Of a stretch of 16,683 nucleotides of DNA, positions 9,196 to 16,683 are shown piece by piece (position 1 is the first letter of the stretch; each line of letters begins with the position of its first letter). The translations under genes and the position numbers were made by a program. Below the pieces are notes generated by a model. It was not told the DNA's origin. It searched no databases and was given only the letters and a program-made list of their open reading frames with translations. The stretch spans positions 1 to 16,683 of the forward strand of contig JALGVJ010000057.1 of assembly GCA_029838195.1 (NCBI GenBank), written 5' to 3'. The DNA is from Promethearchaeota archaeon. GTDB taxonomy: Archaea > Asgardarchaeota > Lokiarchaeia > Sigyniarchaeales > SOKP01.

Positions 9196-10692
9196 ATGAA
9201 TTCACACTTTTTAGAAGGTTTCTTAAATCCTAAAAGTGTAGCATTTTATGGAGCAAATAATAAAGGGTCAGGAATCGGCTCCTTTCAACTCATGGGACTG
9301 ATAAATTATGGCTTTAAGGGAACCATTTATCCCATCCATTTAAAATTAGAGGAAATTTTTGGATATAAAGCTTATAAGAAAATTGCTGATGTTCCAGAGG
9401 TTCCTGATTTGGTAGTCATTGTCTTACCCCCTCATGTCGTTCCTCAAGTCTTTAGAGAGTGCGCGCAAAAAGGAGTAAAGAGAATCATTCTCATTTCAGG
9501 AGGTTTTCGAGAAATGACCGGTGAAAGACGAAATACTCTTACAGAAGAAATTAAAGAAATAGCCACGCATCATGGGATCCGATTCATTGGTCCTAATTGC
9601 TTGGGCGTGTATAATAATTGGATTTATCCTGAAGATGCTTCTCGAGCCTTTAACACCGCCATTTGGGAGAAAGTCAAACGAGGCCACTTCTCTATCGCCT
9701 CGCAAAGCGGAACCTTAGCAAGTCATATTTGGTTTGATCCTGATAATAATGATATCGGACTAAGTAAATCCATTTCTGTGGGTAATGAAGCAGATGTCGA
9801 TATTGTAGATTGCTTAGAATACTTCAAGGAGGATGATCAAACGGAAGTAATCGGGCTCTATATCGAAGAAATAAAGCGCGGGAAAAAATTCTTTGAATTA
9901 ACCCGAGAAATCACTCCAAAGAAACCAATAATAGCAATTTATGGAGGAGGGTCGAATGCAGGAAGAAGAGCAATTCAAAGCCACACGGGAGCCTTAGCAG
10001 GTAATTCTAAAACCTATAAGGCCGTTTTTAAACAGAACGGGGTAATTCAAACAGAATTAGTAGAAGAATTCTTGGATCTTGCATTAGTTTTATCAAAGAA
10101 GATTATTCCCAGAGGAAAACGATTAGGTATCATAACGAATTCAGGAGGGCCAGGGGCCATGATCGCCAACCACGCTGAAAAATTAGGGTTGATCGTACCG
10201 GAATTTTCACCTGCCTTGCAAGAGAGATTAAAAACTATAGTACCGAAAACGGGAAGCACTAAAAACCCCTTGGATTTTACCTTTGACATGAATTTATATA
10301 ATTACTACGTTCTCATTCCAAAACTCATCATGAAATCCCGAGAAGTAGATGCCATTATCATGTATGGCGTTTTTGGATTTCAAGATGTTCTAAAAAAATT
10401 ATTAAAAAATGAACAAATTGCAAAATACGCCGATTTCTCTAGCATGAAAGAAAACCCACAAATTCCCTTGGAGAAGATGTTGGTTGAACCCTTATTGAAA
10501 GCTTCTAAAAAACATTCCATTCCAGTATTCTTTATCAATCCTCAAAATTATTCGAGCCCTTGGTCAAAAAAAATAAGAGAAATGGGAGGATGCCTATTTC
10601 AATTATGGGATCGGCCCGTGAGATGCCTCAGCAAATTATGTGAATACGGATTATTTTTAAATAAGATAGAAAAAAGAAAAGAACTCAATTAA
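9196..10692 (+). CDS. ADP-forming acyl/acetate-CoA ligase, alpha subunit (CoA-binding protein)
   Basis: FLNPKSVAFYGA CoA-binding fold, IGPNCLG, SQSG, SVGNEAD, phospho-His motif SHTGALAG, ITNSGGPG and NPLD; no ATP-grasp domain. Confidence 0.92.
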   Translation: MNSHFLEGFLNPKSVAFYGANNKGSGIGSFQLMGLINYGFKGTIYPIHLKLEEIFGYKAYKKIADVPEVPDLVVIVLPPHVVPQVFRECAQKGVKRIILISGGFREMTGERRNTLTEEIKEIATHHGIRFIGPNCLGVYNNWIYPEDASRAFNTAIWEKVKRGHFSIASQSGTLASHIWFDPDNNDIGLSKSISVGNEADVDIVDCLEYFKEDDQTEVIGLYIEEIKRGKKFFELTREITPKKPIIAIYGGGSNAGRRAIQSHTGALAGNSKTYKAVFKQNGVIQTELVEEFLDLALVLSKKIIPRGKRLGIITNSGGPGAMIANHAEKLGLIVPEFSPALQERLKTIVPKTGSTKNPLDFTFDMNLYNYYVLIPKLIMKSREVDAIIMYGVFGFQDVLKKLLKNEQIAKYADFSSMKENPQIPLEKMLVEPLLKASKKHSIPVFFINPQNYSSPWSKKIREMGGCLFQLWDRPVRCLSKLCEYGLFLNKIEKRKELN

Positions 10693-11522
10693 ACGTGCTC
10701 ATTTAACCAATTTTTTAAATCGTCAAGCACTATTTTTCTTTTTTCAGCAGTTTCATTATAAACTTCATGAAACAGCCCATCGTATACATGACATGTGAAA
10801 TTATCCGTTTTTAATTCTTTAATTAAATCCTTTACTCCTTGAACTGCTTTATCTTCACTGCCAGACTGAAGGAGAACCGGAATTCTTATCTTACTCAGTA
10901 CGGTCGCAACTTTCCCAAATCGTTTCATGAGTTCGTAAGCTAATCGAGCTGTAATTTTCTCGTAATGAACGAGAGGGTCATTAATGTAGGCTTTAACCAC
11001 GGACGGGTCATGGCTTAATGAATTCGGATCCAGTCTCGTATCGATGGTACTCTTGCCCGCAATTTTGGAAATCATTCCGGCCATTAATTTTAACAAGGGA
11101 TTTACACCTTCTCCCACCCGAATACCGCATCCTGATAAAATGAGGCCTTTTAGTAAGTGTTCGTGCTTGCTGGTGAAATAAGAGGCAATACAAGAGCCCA
11201 TGGAATGTCCTAACAAAAATAAGGGTAAGTCGGGATTGGTTTTTCGAATGACATCATGAAATGCCTTAACATCATCGATGTATTGATCAAAAGAATCGAC
11301 GTAATTAGTAATACCCTCTGATTTTCCATGACCTCTTAAGTCGAAGGCATGAAGAGCGTATCCTTCAGGGAGTAAAGCATCCACGACATTTTGATAACGT
11401 CCCGTATGTTCTCCAAAACCATGGACGATAAGAAGCATGGCTTTAGGGTGATCAGGTATCCATGATTGATAAAATAGTGTTAATCCGTCCTTACTCTTGA
11501 AAACATTTTCTTGATGCTTCAT
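10689..11522 (-). CDS. Monoacylglycerol lipase / lysophospholipase-like alpha/beta hydrolase
   Basis: HGFGEH, DLRGHG, nucleophile elbow GHSMG, acid residue in SEDKAV and catalytic His in LFHEV. Confidence 0.92.
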   Translation of the reverse strand: MKHQENVFKSKDGLTLFYQSWIPDHPKAMLLIVHGFGEHTGRYQNVVDALLPEGYALHAFDLRGHGKSEGITNYVDSFDQYIDDVKAFHDVIRKTNPDLPLFLLGHSMGSCIASYFTSKHEHLLKGLILSGCGIRVGEGVNPLLKLMAGMISKIAGKSTIDTRLDPNSLSHDPSVVKAYINDPLVHYEKITARLAYELMKRFGKVATVLSKIRIPVLLQSGSEDKAVQGVKDLIKELKTDNFTCHVYDGLFHEVYNETAEKRKIVLDDLKNWLNEHV

Positions 11523-11646
11523 GGTAAAAACCTTTTATTTTATTATACTATAAAAATTATTGGATTATCTATTTATATAGTGATTACACGCCATGTCTTA
11601 TAAACGTAATCACTGTTCTAATGAATGTTTTATTACCATCTGGTTT

Positions 11647-11663
11647 TTTACATTGAATGTAAA
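11647..11663. promoter_or_regulatory. 17-bp palindrome in divergent lipase/NTPase promoter region
   Basis: TTTACATT-G-AATGTAAA, perfect 8-bp arms. Confidence 0.4.
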
Positions 11664-11710
11664 TGTATGCAAATAAAATGGCCACGATTTCCAAAAAGAA
11701 AGGATCCATC

Positions 11711-12238
11711 ATGTCAAAAATTTTAATAACGGGACCTCCCCGTTGCGGAAAGTCAACTCTTATTTTAAAATTAATCGAACATTATAAACAAAAAGGTAAA
11801 AATATTCGGGGCTTTTTAACTCCTGAAGTAAAAGAGGGGAGGCGGAGAATTGGATTTGATATTGTAGATCTCGCATCTGGAAAAAAGAAAATCTTTGCCC
11901 GGATTGAAAACTTCCCGTCCGAATTTCGATTAGGACGATATTATGTGATTCTTACGCCTTTAGAAAAAATTATCAGTCGATTAACCCCCGCGACCATTCC
12001 AAGCAATACTTTAATATTTATTGATGAAATTGGAAAAATGGAATTGTTTTCGACTAAATTTGAAAGATGGCTTGACCAAATTTTTAAATCTCCACCATTA
12101 GAGATTATTGCCACTATAGGAGAAAAAATAACTCATCCCATTAAAGCCCATATTTTAAAGCAACCCAATACCGTGTTGTTTCATTTAACGAGGAAAAATC
12201 ACGCTTTTTTAGAAGAAAAGATTAAAAATTTAATTTAG
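11711..12238 (+). CDS. NTPase_1 (THEP1-like) P-loop nucleoside triphosphatase
   Basis: KILITGPPRCGKST Walker A, GFLTPEV...RIGFDI and LIFIDEIGKMEL Walker B. Start placed at MSKILITG (11711); upstream ATGs such as 11663 are possible. Confidence 0.92.
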   Translation: MSKILITGPPRCGKSTLILKLIEHYKQKGKNIRGFLTPEVKEGRRRIGFDIVDLASGKKKIFARIENFPSEFRLGRYYVILTPLEKIISRLTPATIPSNTLIFIDEIGKMELFSTKFERWLDQIFKSPPLEIIATIGEKITHPIKAHILKQPNTVLFHLTRKNHAFLEEKIKNLI

Positions 12239-12484
12239 AAATCAAAATATTTGTTAAATCCATTCACTTAAACCTCTTAATTCTATTCATGTTCTGAAAA
12301 AGAGAGAACTATTGGGAGGGCGAGTATTTCGAAGTTTTATTAAAAATTAGCAGAACATTTTAGACAATTTAGTATATGGTTTTCCAAAAATTTATAAATT
12401 TCTTCTTATATGGTAAGTTTGCAATTAAATGATTTAATTATAATATAGGGGAAAAAAACCCTTGGGAATATTTCGCAAATTAAG

Positions 12485-12507
12485 CGTGATATTTATTTAA
12501 TATCACG
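12485..12507. promoter_or_regulatory. Palindromic candidate transcription-factor site upstream of rubredoxin-like microprotein
   Basis: Perfect CGTGATATT-N5-AATATCACG, about 10 nt upstream of AT-rich TATA-like sequence. Confidence 0.5.
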
Positions 12508-12587
12508 TTCAAGTAATAAATATTAATAAATTAAATTCTTTATTATAAAATTTTATTCCGTTCATCTAATAGTAATGAGAAATGGTC

Positions 12588-12704
12588 ATGAAATTTAAAT
12601 GTGATAAATGCGGCCACGAATTTGAAAGTGACGATTTTCCTGATGAAGGATTCAAATGCCCGGGTTGCGGAAGCGAAGATTCCACGTTTAGTATCATTGA
12701 ATGA
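12588..12704 (+). CDS. 38-aa rubredoxin-like / CPxCG zinc-ribbon microprotein
   Basis: MKFKCDKCGHEFESDDFPDEGFKCPGCGSEDSTFSIIE*, with CxxCG...CPxCG. GC-richer than its flanks and followed by a T-rich tract. Alternative start at 12582. Too short for the ORF track. Confidence 0.88.
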   Translation: MKFKCDKCGHEFESDDFPDEGFKCPGCGSEDSTFSIIE

Positions 12705-12979
12705 ACTTCCTTTAGTGAAATTTCTAATTTTTATTTTATTTTTTTATTAACGGGGAAAACTATCATACCATTTCCATTTTTTGGTTTCCTCTGTAAGTTT
12801 ATTTCTTAATAAAATCGTGGGAGCCATGATTTTTTGAAATTATCATCGATTTTTAGACAAGATAAATAATTTGTTCGATGGTATCTAATTTAGCCTGCAT
12901 TCTTTTTCTAAAATACAAATATGCGTGTTGGAGATTGATGAAGAATACTAAAAATAAAAAAAAATTTTGGATAATGATT

Positions 12980-14272
12980 TTATTTAATCGTAGCTAATTC
13001 CACACCCTTGGTTTCTTTGATATACACGTAAGTTATCGGAATAATGATGAAATAGCCTAAAATGAAAATTACAAATGTCATGCCTAACCCTAGAAACAAT
13101 ATTACAATGCTACTCAAAAGAAGTCCCACCGTGCCTCCAATGGCTCCGATTAGATTTCTGAACCCTACGCCCGTACCTCGACGATCCGTGGGAATGAGCT
13201 CAATATTTATGAGCCTAATCATTCCAAGAGAGCCCCAGTACGTAATGTGGCTAATTGCATACCCTATAAATACTATAATAAAGGCATGTTCGGGATTCTG
13301 GGCTCCAAAAACCCATGTGATAACTGAAAAAGGAGCTAAGAAACACCAAAGACATAAGATAGGTTTGCGGCCAACTCTATCTGCTAAAATGCCATTAATG
13401 GCATATGCAATTAGCACAGTAAAGACGGTCATGAAAAAAATGAGTGTCACGCTTGATTGGGAAATGGTCCCGACATCTGCAATGTATTTCTCGAATAATC
13501 CCATGTAAATGGAGGATGCTCCGCGTATAGTAGCAATGAGCAACAAGGCAAGATAAGAACGCCGCTGTTCCGTTTGAAATATGGATTTTAAATCTTCCGT
13601 GAAGGAACGCTTAATTGCTTTTGACCGATCTACTTTAATCATTTGGTAACGAGAAGATTCCCGTATGGTAAATACTACGAGGAAAAACAAGGGAAACCCA
13701 AAAAAAATGGGAAAAAGTGTCATCCCCCGCCAATTCGCCTCCGTTTCCGTAATAAAAATAAAGCGAGAAATCACCATGATAATTGGCCCAAAAAGGCCTG
13801 CCATTAGCGCAATATTAGAATATAGCGCACGCTTGGTTGGTTTTGATTCTTCGTTGATATAAATTAACCATATATCACTTGAAAAGAAAAAATTCATTAA
13901 AAATACGAAAAACATGTACATGAAATAGTTAGTAGATAGACTCATGCCTAAAGCCGCTGCTGTCATGCCCAATATCGTCACTGCGAGCATTTTTTTCCTA
14001 CCTATTTTATCCGCAAAATATTGATTAAAGAATAAAAAATACATGCCTATTGTAACGAGCCCAGTAGCAAATGCCATAATGGAATTTTGCGTGTTTATAT
14101 CGTATTCTCCTAAAAACTCTGCTGCAATCAAGGAGGGGATGGCTCCGGGAAATACCGTGCAAAATGAATCCAATATTTGTACCAAGCACATGACAATCAT
14201 GAGATATTTGAAATTTGTTGCCACGATTGATTTGTTAATTTCACCATTTTCTAGATTAGTATTTTTAGACAT
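12980..14272 (-). CDS. Major facilitator superfamily transporter
   Basis: About 12 hydrophobic segments with MFS motif A twice (YFADKIGRKK, GILADRVGRKP) and ELIPTDRRG. Start moved to MSKNTN (14272), preceded by GAGGT; the track start is 14323. Confidence 0.92.
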   Translation of the reverse strand: MSKNTNLENGEINKSIVATNFKYLMIVMCLVQILDSFCTVFPGAIPSLIAAEFLGEYDINTQNSIMAFATGLVTIGMYFLFFNQYFADKIGRKKMLAVTILGMTAAALGMSLSTNYFMYMFFVFLMNFFFSSDIWLIYINEESKPTKRALYSNIALMAGLFGPIIMVISRFIFITETEANWRGMTLFPIFFGFPLFFLVVFTIRESSRYQMIKVDRSKAIKRSFTEDLKSIFQTEQRRSYLALLLIATIRGASSIYMGLFEKYIADVGTISQSSVTLIFFMTVFTVLIAYAINGILADRVGRKPILCLWCFLAPFSVITWVFGAQNPEHAFIIVFIGYAISHITYWGSLGMIRLINIELIPTDRRGTGVGFRNLIGAIGGTVGLLLSSIVILFLGLGMTFVIFILGYFIIIPITYVYIKETKGVELATIK

Positions 14273-14706
14273 TTTTTTAACCTCTTGAGGATAACTTTCA
14301 TAAAAATTTGTATGAAAATGCATGGGAAAAAATTAATATTATTAATTTAAACGATCTTCTATAAAAAAATTTCTCTTGCCTTACTTTCGCTCGTCTAATT
14401 GATAATAATTCAAGTATTCTTGATTAATAAAAGCAATCAGATAGATATATTTATAACGAATAAAAGATCTTCGCATGATGATCCTTTTTTTACCGATTAT
14501 AATTTTATTTTTAGTGCCTCGATTTCAATAATTAAGATTACATGCGCAATTATTTAATTCGTTATATATAGTTTTATGGAAATAATTCGAAAGAATTAAA
14601 ATAAACCCTAAGATTTGAATCAGTTTAGTTTCTAAATAAATTTCGAGAAAAATTTCGCATCTCCTCTCATTTTACATCCATCACAATAATTAGAGCATGT
14701 ATTGAT

Positions 14707-15663
14707 TCATTTCCACGAATTCTTAAATACTCTTAAGAGGTTTTCATGCGAGATTTTTTTTATATCTTGCTTGCTATAGCCATTATTTAGGAGGAATTCC
14801 CATAAAGAGGGAAACTTGGAAGGATCTTTGACACATCTTGGTACTCTCGTACCATCATAATCAGAACCAATCGCAACCGTATTAATATTCGTTAGGTTAA
14901 CAACGTGGTCCACGTGTTTCTTAATAACGTCGAGACCAATTTTTAAATTGGCTTGACCCGGTTTCCCGGGATTTAAAAAATTCATGCTAAAATTTATTCC
15001 GATCGTGCCCTTTTTTTCCTGAATGGCTTTTATTTGCTCATCTGTTAAATTTCGCACGTGCCCACATATGGCGCGCGCATTAGAATGAGATGCAATGTAA
15101 GGTTTATCGGCAATTTCATGAAGCTCCCAAAAAGAGGGGTCATTTAAATGAGAAACGTCAATCGTGATCCCCATGGATTGAGCTTCTCTGACGAGGTCTT
15201 TTCCTAAAGGAGTTAGCCCCCTTTCAGGTTGCTTACCATGAAAACGCGAACCATTCCCAAATTTATTTGAATCGGACCACGTTAAACTCAAGCTTCTCAA
15301 TCCTAAATGCCATGCGAGGCGTAGAAATTTAAAATCCGAGTCGATACCCCCTATTCCTTCAAAATGAAGAATCGCCCCTATTTTTTCAGAATTAAAAACT
15401 TTATCAAAATCCTCAAGAGAACGCACTTGAATTACCTTGTTCTCAGGATTTGAGATAAATTGAAACCAGAGGTCTAACCCCCGAATAATAGATTTTAAAG
15501 TATTCATGGGATAGAGTGAAAAAAGAGCTGCCTTCACGTTTCCCTCTTTCATGCGGGGATAATCACAATGCCCTTTTCTGGAGCGCATGAAAAATTTTCT
15601 TTTATCTAAAATGAGCTTCGTCACGGTATCCACGTGGCCATCAATCACGTAAAATGTATCCAT
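14707..15663 (-). CDS. Membrane dipeptidase family (peptidase M19) metallo-dipeptidase
   Basis: IDGHVD, HFEG, LTWS, IDVSH, ASHSN, RNLTD and IGSDYDG motifs. ATG at 15663; GTG at 15669 is an alternative start. Confidence 0.93.
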   Translation of the reverse strand: MDTFYVIDGHVDTVTKLILDKRKFFMRSRKGHCDYPRMKEGNVKAALFSLYPMNTLKSIIRGLDLWFQFISNPENKVIQVRSLEDFDKVFNSEKIGAILHFEGIGGIDSDFKFLRLAWHLGLRSLSLTWSDSNKFGNGSRFHGKQPERGLTPLGKDLVREAQSMGITIDVSHLNDPSFWELHEIADKPYIASHSNARAICGHVRNLTDEQIKAIQEKKGTIGINFSMNFLNPGKPGQANLKIGLDVIKKHVDHVVNLTNINTVAIGSDYDGTRVPRCVKDPSKFPSLWEFLLNNGYSKQDIKKISHENLLRVFKNSWK

Positions 15664-15774
15664 TGGCACTCATTGAGATGGTTTTTATTGGTTTGAACTG
15701 CGAGTAAACCCGTTTAAACTTTTTAAATGAAAGAAGAGTTAAATTATTAATCCATTTCATGTTTATGTACTCAA

Positions 15775-15981
15775 ATGACGGAATGTAACCAAAATCAATT
15801 AAAGGAACAATGTGGCTGTAGTTATAGCAGCTGTAGTAGGCGTGGTAAATGCTGCGAATGCTTGCAATATCATTTAGCGAAAAATGAATTACCGGGATGT
15901 GCATTTGCAAGAATATCAACTGAAGCAGAACGCACCTATGATAGATCTTTTACCCACTTCGCACGCTTGATCAATAAGTAA
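15775..15981 (+). CDS. Small Cys-rich protein, DUF6485-like
   Basis: CxCx4CxRxGxCCECxxYH...ELPxC...AERTYDRSFxHF pattern, recognised from memory; 8 Cys; TATA-like sequence about 25 nt upstream. Confidence 0.8.
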   Translation: MTECNQNQLKEQCGCSYSSCSRRGKCCECLQYHLAKNELPGCAFARISTEAERTYDRSFTHFARLINK

Positions 15982-16099
15982 AGAAAGAATCTTTTTTCAT
16001 GATTCAGAAAGGCACTTCTTGAACCCTTCAAATTTTTGTTTTTAATTCTTTCCCTTCTACGATAATATTTTTATTCTTTTTTTTCTTTTAACCATTGGG

Positions 16100-16446
16100 A
16101 TGGACGCGTGATAGATTGGACTGACGGTGGGCCGTACCTCTAAGGTACGCTCGCTGAGGAACCTCACCTCACGACTCAAACGAGGAGTAGAAAAACTACT
16201 ATCGCGAGAGCGATATTTTAGCCACAGAAACGGCACCGCTCTTTTGCGCATGTTGATGACTTGGAGAGGAGCCAAAGAAACTGCGAAAGAGAAGGGTTGA
16301 AACGGGCTAAAACCTCGGTGCAAGGCCAAATGAAAGCGATGAAACGTTGAGATGAGCTTTAGGTAGGCCGCGAAGTTGGATGTCCACATCCTTATCTGGT
16401 GACGGATAAGGATACAGAAAGGTGGGTATATCTATCAATCGTCCAT
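16100..16446 (+). ncRNA. rnpB: Archaeal RNase P RNA, type A
   Basis: P1 (16100-16116/16430-16446); P2 TGGAC/GTCCA; P3; P4 ACC-U-CACCT (16161-16169) with AGGTGGGT (16420-16427); P7 CGAGG/CCTCG; P8; P9; CR-II ACAGAAA; CR-III TGAAAC; P15 GGCC/GGCC with L15 GGU; P16; P6 CTCAA/TTGAG; P19; CR-V ACAGAA. No P13/P14/P18. Confidence 0.97.
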
Positions 16447-16601
16447 GTATCCTAAATTCTCATGAATTAAATTTCTTAGGATTTTATAAATGGACGATTC
16501 AAATTCTACTAACAAGGCAAGGTTAATCCGCAGCTTCTTTCTCCACGTGGGAAAAAATCTGAAAAGTGAAAAAAAAATATGAGGTAGCAAATTAATCTCA
16601 G

Positions 16602-16683
16602 TTACCACGCTCCAGCTCTAAGATTGGCGACAAAACCACCAAAAAGTTGAAAAAACATGACGATCCATAATATATTAATGAAT
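16602..16683 (-). CDS. 3' end of a probable membrane protein (starts beyond right edge)
   Basis: Open minus-strand frame ...FINILWIVMFFQLFGGFVANLRAGAW* ending at TAA 16602-16604, followed by a minus-strand T tract. Confidence 0.6.
   Translation of the reverse strand, partial: FINILWIVMFFQLFGGFVANLRAGAW

Noticed and set aside
3249-11193. Short alternate-frame or antisense ORFs inside the transporter, GGR, dnaJ, ligase and lipase genes
   Set aside because: Fully nested in well-supported genes, with no recognisable motifs.
695-12833. ATCRTG...CATKAT dyads at 697, 2837 and 12814 as one motif family
   Set aside because: Spacers differ (11, 4 and 5 nt) and contexts differ (promoter versus 3' ends).
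13062-14288. Plus-strand ORFs 13062-13508, 13665-13862 and 14043-14288
   Set aside because: Antisense shadows of the hydrophobic MFS gene.
15641-15919. 92-aa minus-strand ORF
   Set aside because: Overlaps both the DUF6485-like gene and the dipeptidase start; no motifs.
16057-16389. 110-aa minus-strand ORF in the track
   Set aside because: It is the antisense of the RNase P RNA and has no protein motifs.
1-16683. CRISPR array, tRNA/rRNA, transposase or integrase
   Set aside because: No regularly spaced repeats, cloverleafs or mobile-element proteins seen by eye.

Overview
AT-rich archaeal chromosomal segment. Evidence for Archaea: a type A RNase P RNA lacking P13/P14/P18, TATA boxes about 25 nt before leaderless start codons, and a DnaK with the archaeal-clade [10 protein letters not shown] signature. 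Gene content is compatible with an Asgard (Lokiarchaeia-like) genome, but that assignment is inference only. Left to right: 5' part of a radical SAM gene (minus), dnaK, an ArsB/NhaD-type transporter, a geranylgeranyl-reductase-family gene coupled to a DUF362 gene, dnaJ, a decayed NimA/pyridoxamine-oxidase-like pseudogene, an ADP-forming acyl-CoA synthetase alpha subunit converging on a monoacylglycerol lipase-like hydrolase, an NTPase_1, a 38-aa rubredoxin-like microprotein with an upstream palindrome, an MFS transporter, an M19 dipeptidase, a Cys-rich DUF6485-like protein, rnpB, and the 3' end of a membrane-protein gene. The ORF track misses the radical SAM fragment, the pseudogene, the microprotein, rnpB and the last fragment. 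I saw no CRISPR array, transposase or clear novel multi-gene system. Best leads: the RNase P RNA (rewired P4, two K-turns, competing 3' hairpin), the pseudogene, the microprotein, and the in-frame UGA junction between GGR and DUF362.
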